From an uncultured virus (IMG/VR IMGVR_UViG_3300046009_005595) (taxonomy: Duplodnaviria > Heunggongvirae > Uroviricota > Caudoviricetes): 64,000 bases of DNA. The notes under the pieces were generated by a model. The model saw only the letters and a program-made list of their open reading frames with translations, made no database searches and was not told the DNA's origin. Position 1 is the first letter of the stretch. Every line of letters begins with the position of its first letter. This document shows, piece by piece, positions 46,554-56,709 of the stretch. Location of the stretch: IMG/VR virus record IMGVR_UViG_3300046009_005595, positions 62,001-126,000 of that record, one strand, 5' to 3'. The position numbers and the translations under genes are program-made.

Positions 46554-47491
46554 TGAAAATTCATATTTCAAATAATTGGTGTAATACCGAGCAGTTTTTT
46601 GTATATAAATTATTGAAGAAATATTTTAATAATGATGTAGAATTGACCTCTGATCCTATTAATTGCGATATCTTTATACATTCTGTATTTGGTAATGATG
46701 ATTATTACAAAACAACTAAAGCAAAATTTAAGATATTTTGTTTATGGGAGACTAGATTTTATTTAGATATTGCAAAGGAAAGAATTCAATATTCTGATTT
46801 ATCTCTTACATATATGCCTACTGAAGGAAAGAATATTAGATTTCCTCTTTGGTATATGTGGATTGATTGGTGGAATGAAAATAGTGGTGATGAAGTTACT
46901 GTAGTTTGTGGTCAATCCCATCATTATATTGGAAAAAATACTTTGAAAGATGAATGGGTTCCAACAATAAACAATATAAAAACTAACATATATACTTCTG
47001 GATCTGTTTGGAATAGAAATAAATTTTGTTCTATGCTTGTTGGTAATTGTGAAGAATCTTCAGTTAAGGTTAGATCTGAAATATTTAATGAAGTATCTAA
47101 AAATATAGAACCTGTCTTTGGTATGGGACTTGCTTTTGGAAAAAGATTTGAAGGTAATAAAATAGACCTTTTGACAAATTTCAAATTTAATTTATGTTAT
47201 GAAAATTCAGTACATGAAGGTTATGTAAGCGAAAAACTTTTTGATGCTAAATTTGCTGGATGTATTCCTCTATATTATGGAGATCCTATATATTCCCAAA
47301 AAGATTTTAATAAAAACAGCTTTCTGAATAGATTAGATTATTCCAATAATACAGATTATATAAAAGAAATTAAAAAATTAAATTCTGATAAGGAATATTT
47401 TATTTCTAAATGCAACGAGCCATTGTTTACAGAAGATAAATTTCCTAGTTTAGACTTTTTCTATGAAAAATTTGATGAGGTATTTAAATGA
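46553..47491 (+). CDS. GT10 alpha-1,3/4-fucosyltransferase-like protein
   Basis: FKFNLCYENSVHEGYVSEKLFDAKFAGCIPLYYG, the GT10 signature. Confidence 0.88.
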   Translation: MKIHISNNWCNTEQFFVYKLLKKYFNNDVELTSDPINCDIFIHSVFGNDDYYKTTKAKFKIFCLWETRFYLDIAKERIQYSDLSLTYMPTEGKNIRFPLWYMWIDWWNENSGDEVTVVCGQSHHYIGKNTLKDEWVPTINNIKTNIYTSGSVWNRNKFCSMLVGNCEESSVKVRSEIFNEVSKNIEPVFGMGLAFGKRFEGNKIDLLTNFKFNLCYENSVHEGYVSEKLFDAKFAGCIPLYYGDPIYSQKDFNKNSFLNRLDYSNNTDYIKEIKKLNSDKEYFISKCNEPLFTEDKFPSLDFFYEKFDEVFK

Positions 47492-48465
47492 AGATAGCTT
47501 TCCATCTTGACAATCTTAGTTTAAGAGGAACCACTACAGCAGTTCTTGATTATGCAAAATATAATGAAGAACTTCTAAAAAATGAAAGTATTATCTGTTA
47601 CGATAAGACTCTTCTTTCTGATAATAGAGATCAGAATTTCTCCAAGAGATTTGAGATTTCTGATATGTTCAAATCTAAATATGATGTTATTGAATATGAT
47701 AATAAGAATACATTAAAAAAAGAATTGGATGATAGAGATTGTGATCATATATATTTCTTGAAATCTGGTTTTGTTGATCAGAATTATTTAGAGGAAAAGA
47801 AGAATCTGATCCATTGCGTTTTTAATCACTACAATCCACATGGACACAAATATGCGTATGTGTCAAAATGGTTGGCTGACGAGGCTAGTAAAGGCTCTTG
47901 TGATTACGTTCCACACATAGTATCTCTCCCAGCAGTGAGTGTTAAAAATCTTAGAAATGAATTGAAAATTTCTTCTGATAAAATTGTACTTGGAAGGTAT
48001 GGTGGATTAGATCAATTTGATATTCCTTTTGCACATCAGGTGGTTAACTTTTTTGTTGAAAATGATCCTTCTTTTGTATTTCTTTTTGTTAATACAAGAA
48101 AGTTTATAGATCATCCAAATGTTATATTCCTTGATCCTATTATAAATCCACAAGATAAAACAGATTTTATATTTGCTTGTGATGCTATGATTCATGCTAG
48201 ATCAGATGGAGAATCTTTTGGATTATCTGTATGTGAATTTCTATATTTTAATAGACCAGTAATTTCTTTTAGTGGTGGTAGAGATAAACATCATGTAGAT
48301 TTGTTAAAAGATTATGATTTGTTATATAACACTCCATATGAATTGATTGAGAATATTTTTAAATTAAAACACAATATGTATAATGTTCACTATGAGAATA
48401 TAGTTGAACAATTTTCACCAAACCATGTTATGAAGAAATTTAAGGAGGTGTTTTTAGATGATTAA
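47488..48465 (+). CDS. GT-B (GT4-like) glycosyltransferase
   Basis: LRGTTTAVLDYA; DAMIHARSDGESFGLSVCE (ExFGxxxxE motif). Confidence 0.8.
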   Translation: MKIAFHLDNLSLRGTTTAVLDYAKYNEELLKNESIICYDKTLLSDNRDQNFSKRFEISDMFKSKYDVIEYDNKNTLKKELDDRDCDHIYFLKSGFVDQNYLEEKKNLIHCVFNHYNPHGHKYAYVSKWLADEASKGSCDYVPHIVSLPAVSVKNLRNELKISSDKIVLGRYGGLDQFDIPFAHQVVNFFVENDPSFVFLFVNTRKFIDHPNVIFLDPIINPQDKTDFIFACDAMIHARSDGESFGLSVCEFLYFNRPVISFSGGRDKHHVDLLKDYDLLYNTPYELIENIFKLKHNMYNVHYENIVEQFSPNHVMKKFKEVFLDD

Positions 48466-49216
48466 ATATCCTATCTATATTATGCATTATTCTAAACATA
48501 TTGATAGAAAAAAGTTACTTGAAAAAATATTGAACAAAGAAATATCATCTTCTGGATTTCAAGGACAAGTATTTTGGATTACTAAGTACGATAGAGATCA
48601 TGTTTCTTATAATGATTATTATATGAATTTTTCTGCAAATCATTTAACTCATCAACAGAGACAGCCAACGGAATATTTCCCAAGATATCCACTACAACCA
48701 GAAGTAATTTCACTTTGCTTGAAACACAAAACAGCAATTGAAATGTTTGTAAAAGAAAGTCAAGATACTTTTTGTTTATTTTTGGAAGATGATGCTATAC
48801 TTCATGAAGGATTCTTTACTAAGTTAGATGAATATTTAAAAACTCTTCCAGAAGATTTTGATGCTGCTTTTATTGGTCAAGGGTGTAATAAAAGGATAGA
48901 AAATTTAGAAGATGGAGTTTCATGGTATAAAAAAGAATACCCTGCTGATAGGAACACAGATTCTATTATTTTCAGTAGAAATTTCTTAAATGCATTGCTA
49001 CCAACTTTAGATCATTATAGAATGGCATTCCCAATTGATCATGAATATTCTTTTTGGTTTAGAGTTATGAAATCTAATGTCTATTGGTTAGAACCTCCAA
49101 TAGTAACTCAAGGATCGCAGATTGGGGTTTTTGAAAGTTTTCAACCAGAACATAGTAGATTTTTAGATAAAAGTCAAAATTCTAGATTAGATTTGAAGGA
49201 GTTAATTAGTGAATAA
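48458..49216 (+). CDS. GT25-like glycosyltransferase
   Basis: IYIMHY..HIDRK, SLCLKH, LFLEDDA, PIDH, EPPIVTQGS. Confidence 0.75.
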   Translation: MIKYPIYIMHYSKHIDRKKLLEKILNKEISSSGFQGQVFWITKYDRDHVSYNDYYMNFSANHLTHQQRQPTEYFPRYPLQPEVISLCLKHKTAIEMFVKESQDTFCLFLEDDAILHEGFFTKLDEYLKTLPEDFDAAFIGQGCNKRIENLEDGVSWYKKEYPADRNTDSIIFSRNFLNALLPTLDHYRMAFPIDHEYSFWFRVMKSNVYWLEPPIVTQGSQIGVFESFQPEHSRFLDKSQNSRLDLKELISE

Positions 49217-50579
49217 TTTAATAATATTTGATTTAGATGGAGTTTTGATAGATTCTAAAGATTGGCATTACGAGACTTTAAATAGAGCTTTGTGTAATGT
49301 TGACGAAAAGTATAAAATCGGTTATGATGAACATCTAAGTAAATATGATGGATTGAATACAACAAAAAAGCTAGAACTTTTATCTGTAGAAAAAGGTCTA
49401 GAAAAGAAAAATTTTAATTCTATTTGGGAAGATAAACAAAAAGAAACATTCAAGATTTTAAAGAATATTCATGCTAATAAAGAATTAATTAGTATATTTT
49501 TAGAATTGAGAAAGTTGAATTATAAGATAGCTGTGGCGTCTAATTCAATACGAGAGACAGTAAAACTTTGCTTATTGAATCTTGGTATTATGGAATATAT
49601 TGATTATTTTGTATCTAATGAAGATATAAAAAGAACCAAACCATTTCCAGAGATGTATTGGAAATGTATGACAGCTTTAAATTGCCTCCCAAAGAATACT
49701 ATTATTGTTGAGGATTCACATATTGGAAGACAAGGAGCCTTAGATTCAGGAGCACATCTTCTTCCAGTGGAGAATCCTAATGATCTTTCTTTAAAGAAAA
49801 TTTTAAATAAAATTGAAGAGATTAAGCATATGAATAATGAAGATAAAATACCTTGGATTGATAAGAAACTTAATATTTTAATTCCTATGGCAGGATTAGG
49901 ATCAAGATTTACACAAAAAGGATATACTTTCCCAAAACCTCTTATTGATGTTAGAGGAAAGCCTATGATTCAAGTTGTTGTAGATAATCTTAATATTGAT
50001 GCTAATTATATTTTTGTTGTTCAAAAAGAACATTATGAAAAATATAATCTAAATCATTTCCTTAATCTAATTAAACCAGATTGTAAGATAGTTCAGATTG
50101 ATGGTATTACAGAAGGAGCAGCATGTACTACTTTATTAGCAAAAGAATTTATCGATAACGATAATCCACTTTTAATTGCTAATTCAGATCAATATATAGA
50201 ATGGAATTCTAACGAAGCTATGTATTCATTTTCTAATAATGATATTGATGGTGGTATGTTAGTATTCAATGCTGTTCATCCTAAATGGAGTTTTGCTAAA
50301 TTGGATGAAAGTGGTTTTATTGAAAAGGTTGCAGAAAAAGACCCTATTAGTGATATTGCTAGTGTTGGGGTTTATTATTGGTCTAAGGGTTCTGATTATG
50401 TCAAATATGCAAATCAAATGATAGAAAAGAACATCAGAGTAAATAATGAATTTTATGTTTGTCCAGTAATTAATGAAGCAATTTCTGACGGTAAGAAATT
50501 CAAAGTTAAGTATGTTGAAAAGATGTGGGGTATTGGTACTCCTGAAGATTTGGATGTATTTTTAGCGGATCGCAAATAA
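49209..50579 (+). CDS. Fusion of HAD phosphatase and sugar-phosphate nucleotidyltransferase
   Basis: N-terminal IFDLDGVL, KPFPEMY, VEDSHIG; C-terminal ILIPMAGLGSRF...PKPLIDV, IANSDQ, VAEK, GIGTPEDL. Confidence 0.85.
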   Translation: MNNLIIFDLDGVLIDSKDWHYETLNRALCNVDEKYKIGYDEHLSKYDGLNTTKKLELLSVEKGLEKKNFNSIWEDKQKETFKILKNIHANKELISIFLELRKLNYKIAVASNSIRETVKLCLLNLGIMEYIDYFVSNEDIKRTKPFPEMYWKCMTALNCLPKNTIIVEDSHIGRQGALDSGAHLLPVENPNDLSLKKILNKIEEIKHMNNEDKIPWIDKKLNILIPMAGLGSRFTQKGYTFPKPLIDVRGKPMIQVVVDNLNIDANYIFVVQKEHYEKYNLNHFLNLIKPDCKIVQIDGITEGAACTTLLAKEFIDNDNPLLIANSDQYIEWNSNEAMYSFSNNDIDGGMLVFNAVHPKWSFAKLDESGFIEKVAEKDPISDIASVGVYYWSKGSDYVKYANQMIEKNIRVNNEFYVCPVINEAISDGKKFKVKYVEKMWGIGTPEDLDVFLADRK

Positions 50580-51382
50580 TGACTACATTAGTAACATTTT
50601 TCTATGACATTGGTAGGGATAGTTGGTCTTCTTATCCAAGAAAGGCTATGGAATATATTAATTCTTTTGATATGTTCCTTAATTACGAATATAAGATGAT
50701 TATATTCATAGATGATAGATATTATGATATCTTAAAAGAAAGAGTTTTAAAATCTAAATATCCAGAAACAAAGAAATTAATTCCGATAAATGAAAATTGG
50801 TTTTATGAAAATATTTGGGCATGGAGTAGATTAGAAAAAGAAAAGGCTATTATGAATAGTCAAAAATATAAACATCTCTTAATTAAAAGGATTGAAAATA
50901 ACTATCCAGAAAATATAAACCCACATTACACAATCTTAACTCATAGTAAAATTGATGTTGTTAATTATGCAATTGACTCTGGATTGATTGAAGATGATTA
51001 TGTTGGTTGGGTTGATTTTGGATATTTTCACAACAAGTCTGATGAAAGATTTATTCCAAATTCAGTGATAGATGAAAATAAATTAGATAAAGAACGTGTA
51101 AATCTTTGTTTAATAAATCCTATTGATGATAATGATAAGGGCATTGTGTATACTTTATTAAATGCTCCAGAAAAGATAGGTGCATATTTCTTTTGGGCTA
51201 ATAAAGAGAATATGAAAGAATTTCAAACCCTATGTCATAATTGGTTAGATGCTTTTCAAACAATGGAATTTGCTGATGATGAACAAGGAGTATGGTTACA
51301 ATGTTTCTTTGAAAATACAAATTTATTTAAATGTCATGTTTTTTATGCTTGGCATAAAGCTTTAAAGGAGTTCTCTAGATGA
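50579..51382 (+). CDS. HtrL/YibB-like putative glycosyltransferase
   Basis: TLVTFFYDIGR, HSKID, WVDFG, DDEQ motifs. Confidence 0.65.
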   Translation: MTTLVTFFYDIGRDSWSSYPRKAMEYINSFDMFLNYEYKMIIFIDDRYYDILKERVLKSKYPETKKLIPINENWFYENIWAWSRLEKEKAIMNSQKYKHLLIKRIENNYPENINPHYTILTHSKIDVVNYAIDSGLIEDDYVGWVDFGYFHNKSDERFIPNSVIDENKLDKERVNLCLINPIDDNDKGIVYTLLNAPEKIGAYFFWANKENMKEFQTLCHNWLDAFQTMEFADDEQGVWLQCFFENTNLFKCHVFYAWHKALKEFSR

Positions 51383-52185
51383 AAAATATAGTGGTGTTTA
51401 TAACACATAAGACTTTAACATATGAACATGTGTTATGTAGTATTTACGGTATGGTAAAGCAAGATGTATATTCCGATAAAGTTTTTGATGCTTTATACAT
51501 ATATAATACAAATGAAAAAGAAGTATCAACTGATAACATACGAGAATCTATAACAAGTTCTAATTTGAATAAATTCTTTAACGAAATTAAAGTATTAAAT
51601 CCTTCTAATGAAACTAAATCTTTAGGAGAAGATATTTCTTTAATAAAAGAGTATGTTAAATCTAATTATAATCCAGAGGATAGAGTTCTTCTTCTTAAAT
51701 CTGATACTATTCTTTCTAAGAATTATTTTGATGAAATTCTTAAAATACCAGAAGATAAGAAAGATATTTATTTTGTTGCTCCATTTATTTGTGCAAAAAG
51801 ACGAGTAAGAAACGATGAAATCTTTGAATACACAGATAGAGATTCTGTTGTATTATCAGATGATATTACTTTCTTTGTTGAGGATAGTGATCAAAGTGAA
51901 AATAATGATTTTAATTTTAGAAAACATGTAAATATAACAGACGAGGAAATTAAGTTTACTTCTTGTTATGTTATTAGAGATTTCTCTTGTCACTTTTTAA
52001 ATGTTGGATTGTTTGATAAAATAAAGATAGAACATAAAAGTTGGGGTGGTGTTAATTTTGAAGGATTGAAAGAATATTTCATTTCGACTGATCTTTGTTT
52101 TGTAGTTCATAAGTATCACAATGTAATATCAGAAAATAGAAACTCTGAACGAGAAGGTCCAGTTGAAGATTGGTTATTAAGTTAA
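51379..52185 (+). CDS. Hypothetical protein in glycan island (possible glycosyltransferase)
   Basis: 268-aa ORF translationally coupled to its neighbours; no firm motif. Confidence 0.5.
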   Translation: MKNIVVFITHKTLTYEHVLCSIYGMVKQDVYSDKVFDALYIYNTNEKEVSTDNIRESITSSNLNKFFNEIKVLNPSNETKSLGEDISLIKEYVKSNYNPEDRVLLLKSDTILSKNYFDEILKIPEDKKDIYFVAPFICAKRRVRNDEIFEYTDRDSVVLSDDITFFVEDSDQSENNDFNFRKHVNITDEEIKFTSCYVIRDFSCHFLNVGLFDKIKIEHKSWGGVNFEGLKEYFISTDLCFVVHKYHNVISENRNSEREGPVEDWLLS

Positions 52186-52186
52186 T

Positions 52187-52900
52187 ATGAAAATAGCTAT
52201 ATTATTACCAGGACATCTAAGATCTTGGACTACTTGCAAACAAAATTTTTTGGATATGTTGTATGATACAAATCATCAGATAGATGTTTTTGTAGATACT
52301 TACGATAAAGTTTTTAGATCTGATTCATATTCAGATGCAGAAAAATCATTAGAAATTATTTTAAATAAAGAACAAATTTACAAATTATTTGATGGAATAA
52401 ATGTTGTAAATTTTAATATTGAACCTGAATTAGTTGGTGATGCTGAAAAACTTCAAATAAAAAAAATGTTAAATGTTTATGATTCATTTCATGAATATGA
52501 AAAGATTCATGGACTTTATGATTTAGTTGTTAGAAGTAGATTTGATATAGTTTTAGATGAAAAGATAGATTATGAAAAAATATATTCTGAATGTAAATCT
52601 AATCCTAAGTTAATATATATAGGAAATGGTGGGATTGCTTTAGAAGAAAATGATATGTTTGCAATATCCACCACAGAATTGATGACTTTGTATTTTAAGA
52701 GTATTTTTGATTTATATCATATAGACCTACAACTTATTTTAGAGATTGTTAAAAAAATGGGAGATAGATTTATTGAAATCCCAATGGTTCACAAAAAAAT
52801 AATTTATCTTGCTTATCTATATGGAATACAGTATAATAGAGATATAGGAATTTCTATTGTTAGAATTGACGAAACAGGAACCTTTAGGAGATTTAAATAG
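52187..52900 (+). CDS. Putative glycosyltransferase-like protein (paralogue 1)
   Basis: MKIAILLPGHLR...YDLVVRSRFD...NDMFAI. Confidence 0.6.
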   Translation: MKIAILLPGHLRSWTTCKQNFLDMLYDTNHQIDVFVDTYDKVFRSDSYSDAEKSLEIILNKEQIYKLFDGINVVNFNIEPELVGDAEKLQIKKMLNVYDSFHEYEKIHGLYDLVVRSRFDIVLDEKIDYEKIYSECKSNPKLIYIGNGGIALEENDMFAISTTELMTLYFKSIFDLYHIDLQLILEIVKKMGDRFIEIPMVHKKIIYLAYLYGIQYNRDIGISIVRIDETGTFRRFK

Positions 52901-52901
52901 A

Positions 52902-53603
52902 ATGGTAAATTTATATAACAATAACTCTGATATAAACTCTAATCAGAGAATGTATGATGATTTTAATAACTTCATTTTTAGTAAGGATAGAAATGTTTTT
53001 AATAAACTATATAGCAAAATTTCTTTCTATGAAATGACTAAACATTTATGTGGTGATATTGTAGAATGTGGAGTTTTTAAAGGATCTGGTTTAGTATCTT
53101 GGTTAAAGATTTTAGATATGAATGAACCTAATAGCATTAAAAAAGTTGTTGGTTTTGATTTCTTTAATCCAAACTTTGTTGATTCATTGGAAGATATGAC
53201 AGATAAAGAAACAATGCAACAAGTTTTTACTAGATGTAATAATCTAGACAAAAATGATGTTTCAAAGGTTGGTGTAACTCAAAAGTTGTTACTTTCTGGT
53301 TTTGATTTATCTAAATATGATCTTGTTGAAGGTAATATTATATTCACCGTTAATGAATACTTAAAAAATAGACCAGGATTTAGAATATCTATTTTAAATA
53401 TAGATTTAGATATTGAAGAACCTACATATGCCACATTAGTTAACCTTTGGGATAGAGTTGTTGATGGTGGTGTTGTAATTTTTGATGAATATGCATATCA
53501 TAACTGGAGTGAAGCAAATGCTGTAGATAGATTCATTAAAGAAAAAGGTTTGACATTACATAAAACAAATATAAAAACACCAACAGCTTATATTATAAAA
53601 TGA
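52902..53603 (+). CDS. TylF/MycF-family SAM-dependent sugar O-methyltransferase
   Basis: GDIVECGVFKGSG, VGFDFF, NIDLDIEEPT, GGVVIFDEY; ATG at 52902 after AGGAG. Confidence 0.85.
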   Translation: MVNLYNNNSDINSNQRMYDDFNNFIFSKDRNVFNKLYSKISFYEMTKHLCGDIVECGVFKGSGLVSWLKILDMNEPNSIKKVVGFDFFNPNFVDSLEDMTDKETMQQVFTRCNNLDKNDVSKVGVTQKLLLSGFDLSKYDLVEGNIIFTVNEYLKNRPGFRISILNIDLDIEEPTYATLVNLWDRVVDGGVVIFDEYAYHNWSEANAVDRFIKEKGLTLHKTNIKTPTAYIIK

Positions 53604-54307
53604 AAGTAGCTATATTATTAAATGGAAATCTAAGAACAATTGAAAAATGTTCTGAGAATATATATAATTCTTTTAATCACTTATCTCCTGATTATTTTGT
53701 ATCCACATATCGTAATCAATATGGATATCATCCATATATAAAATCTTTTTTACAGTATCATGATGATCCTATATTAGAAGATTCTCAAGTTTTAGAAAAA
53801 TTCTATAAGTTTAATCCTAAATTAGTTTTTATAGAAAATGTTAATGATGTTAATGAATTTTATTCAAAGGAGGTTGGAAAATTATCTCCAAATATGAATA
53901 ATATAGAATCTTCATATCTTCAATATTTAAAGATAAAAAAAGGATTAAATCTTATAGAGCAATTTGAAAATAATAATAATATTAAATATGATGTTATTAT
54001 TAAAACAAGATGTGATATAATACATAAAAATATTGTAGGTATAGATTTATCAAACATTGATAATAAAATAATAATTTCTACTGGTAATATTTTTCCGAAC
54101 GATTGTGTTTTAATTTCTAGTAGAGATAATATGTTTTCTATTATAGATTTTGTAATTAATGAATTTTATCATTTAACAAATCCAATTAGTACAACAAATC
54201 CACCTCATGGCGTTTTATTAGCTGGTATTCAAAATAGAAACTTAGAAGTTGTGCAACATCCAATTATGGATTATGTAGTTAGAGTAAACAGAGACCATTA
54301 TTATTAA
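53600..54307 (+). CDS. Putative glycosyltransferase-like protein (paralogue 2)
   Basis: MKVAILLNGNLR...YDVIIKTRCD...NDCVLI; same layout as 52187..52900. Confidence 0.6.
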   Translation: MKVAILLNGNLRTIEKCSENIYNSFNHLSPDYFVSTYRNQYGYHPYIKSFLQYHDDPILEDSQVLEKFYKFNPKLVFIENVNDVNEFYSKEVGKLSPNMNNIESSYLQYLKIKKGLNLIEQFENNNNIKYDVIIKTRCDIIHKNIVGIDLSNIDNKIIISTGNIFPNDCVLISSRDNMFSIIDFVINEFYHLTNPISTTNPPHGVLLAGIQNRNLEVVQHPIMDYVVRVNRDHYY

Positions 54308-54308
54308 T

Positions 54309-54773
54309 ATGATTATTATATCACACAGAGGAAACTTGAATGGACCAGAACCAGAATTTGAAAATTCTCCACATCGTATAGATGAATGTATTAATTTAGG
54401 ATTAGATGTAGAAATTGATGTTTGGTTAATTGATGACACTTTTTATTTAGGACATGATGAACCTCAATATCAAATTGATTTTGATTTCTTGTATAATAGA
54501 AAGCTCAATATATGGATACATTGTAAAAACATACAAACACTTTCATTTTTTTGTGAATTTCCAGAATTTAATTTTAATTATTTTTGGCATCAGAACGATG
54601 ATTATGTAATAACTTCTAATGAATATATATGGACATATCCAAAAGACACATATGAAACGTTCTTTAATAGCCAAATAATACTGGACTTTTCTGCTAATGT
54701 AGATTATAATTACTATAAGGAAAAGAAAATTCATGGATTGTGTTGTGATTATATAAATTTTAAGGAGATTTAA
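54309..54773 (+). CDS. Short GDPD/PLC-like phosphodiesterase-family protein
   Basis: IISHRGN, ENSP, DVEIDVW, LGHD, WIHCKN. Confidence 0.7.
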   Translation: MIIISHRGNLNGPEPEFENSPHRIDECINLGLDVEIDVWLIDDTFYLGHDEPQYQIDFDFLYNRKLNIWIHCKNIQTLSFFCEFPEFNFNYFWHQNDDYVITSNEYIWTYPKDTYETFFNSQIILDFSANVDYNYYKEKKIHGLCCDYINFKEI

Positions 54774-55787
54774 ATGAAGAAAGCTTTGGTTTATGGAGTT
54801 ACTGGTCAAGATGGATCTTATCTTGCTGAAATTCTACTTGAAAATGGTTATGAAGTTCATGGGGTGAAAAGAAGAAGTTCATCCTATAATACATCTAGGG
54901 TAGATCATATCTACAAAAATAGTAATTTTCATCTTCATTATGGTGATGTTACTGATTCACTAAATGTTACTAGTTTAATTCAATCAATTAAACCTGATGA
55001 GATTTATAATCTAGCAGCGCAATCCCACGTTAAAGTTTCATTTGAGATTCCTGAATATACAGGAAATGTCGATGCTTTAGGTACGTTAAGAATTCTTGAA
55101 GCTATTAGACTTCTTGGGATGGAAGAATCTGTTAAGTTTTACCAAGCATCTACATCAGAATTGTATGGTTTGGTTCAAGAAATTCCTCAATCAGAAACAA
55201 CCCCATTTTATCCAAGAAGTCCTTATGGTGTTGCTAAATTATATGGATTCTGGATTCTAAAGAATTATAGAGAAGCTTATAATATATTTGCTTGTAATGG
55301 TATTTTGTTTAATCATGAATCTCCAAGAAGAGGAGAAACATTTGTTACTCAAAAAATTGTTATGGGATTAAATTCAATTAAGAATAAACAGTCTAAAGTT
55401 TTGACTCTTGGAAATCTTGATGCTTTAAGAGATTGGGGTCATGCTAAAGATTATTGTAGAGCAATGTATTTAATGTTACAATCTAATTCTCCTGATGATT
55501 ATGTAGTTGCTACTGGTGAACAATATTCAGTTAGGAATTTTGTGGAATGTTGCGCTCCTTATTTTGGAATGAATATTAAATGGGTAGGTAGTGGATTAGA
55601 TGAAGTAGGTATTGATATGAATAGTGGAGATATAGTAGTTTCAGTTGATCCTAAGTATTTTAGACCAACAGAAGTTGCTACTCTTTTAGGAGATTCTACA
55701 AAAGCAAGAACTACTTTAGGATGGAAACCAGAATACTCATTTGATGATTTAGTTAAGGAGATGTGTGAATATGAATTACAACGATAA
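54774..55787 (+). CDS. gmd: GDP-mannose 4,6-dehydratase
   Basis: [67 protein letters not shown]. Confidence 0.98.
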   Translation: MKKALVYGVTGQDGSYLAEILLENGYEVHGVKRRSSSYNTSRVDHIYKNSNFHLHYGDVTDSLNVTSLIQSIKPDEIYNLAAQSHVKVSFEIPEYTGNVDALGTLRILEAIRLLGMEESVKFYQASTSELYGLVQEIPQSETTPFYPRSPYGVAKLYGFWILKNYREAYNIFACNGILFNHESPRRGETFVTQKIVMGLNSIKNKQSKVLTLGNLDALRDWGHAKDYCRAMYLMLQSNSPDDYVVATGEQYSVRNFVECCAPYFGMNIKWVGSGLDEVGIDMNSGDIVVSVDPKYFRPTEVATLLGDSTKARTTLGWKPEYSFDDLVKEMCEYELQR

Positions 55788-56709
55788 AATTTATGTTGCT
55801 GGACATGCAGGACTTGTAGGTTCTGCAATTGTTAGAGAGTTGAAAAAACAAGGATATGTAAATGTTCTAACAAAAACTAGAAGAGAATTAGATCTTACTG
55901 ATCAATTTTCTGTAGATAGATTTTTTGATATTGAAAGACCTGATTATGTGTTTTTAGCTGCTGCTAAAGTTGGAGGAATTAATTATAATAAATTATATCC
56001 TGCAGATTTCATTACAGAAAATCTACAAATTCAAACTAATGTAATCAAAAGTTCATATGATTACAAAGTTAAAAAGTTATTATTTCTTGGTTCTGCTTGT
56101 ATATATCCAAAAATTACAGAGCAACCTATCAAAGAAGAATATCTAATGACAGGACTATTAGAACCAACTAATGATGCATATGCTCTTGCTAAAATTGCAG
56201 GATTGACTATGTGTCAAAAGTATTCTAGACAATATGGTTTTAATTGTATTAGTGTTATGCCTACTAACCTTTATGGAACTTTTGATAGGTTTAATATTGA
56301 GCATGGTCATGTTATTCCTGGTTTAATTAACAAATTTATTACGGCAAAAGAAAATGATGATAAAACTATTACATGTTGGGGAGATGGCTCTCCTACCAGA
56401 GAATTTTTATTTTCTGATGATTTGGCTGATGCTTGCGTTTATTTAATGAATCATTATGATTCAGATGAAATTATAAATGTTGGTATTGATAATGAAATCA
56501 CCATGAAGGAACTAGCAGAAAAGTTAAAAGTTTTGACTGAATTTGAAGGTGATATTGTTTGGGATACTTCTAAACCAAATGGAACTCCAAGAAGAAAAGT
56601 ATGTAATCAAAAGATTTATGATTTAGGTTGGAGACCAAAATATCAATTAGACGAAGGTTTAAAAATTACTATTGATTGGTTTAAAAATAATAGGGAGACC
56701 TGTAAATGA
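55771..56709 (+). CDS. fcl: GDP-L-fucose synthase / ColC-like epimerase-reductase
   Basis: [59 protein letters not shown]. Confidence 0.93.
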   Translation: MNYNDKIYVAGHAGLVGSAIVRELKKQGYVNVLTKTRRELDLTDQFSVDRFFDIERPDYVFLAAAKVGGINYNKLYPADFITENLQIQTNVIKSSYDYKVKKLLFLGSACIYPKITEQPIKEEYLMTGLLEPTNDAYALAKIAGLTMCQKYSRQYGFNCISVMPTNLYGTFDRFNIEHGHVIPGLINKFITAKENDDKTITCWGDGSPTREFLFSDDLADACVYLMNHYDSDEIINVGIDNEITMKELAEKLKVLTEFEGDIVWDTSKPNGTPRRKVCNQKIYDLGWRPKYQLDEGLKITIDWFKNNRETCK

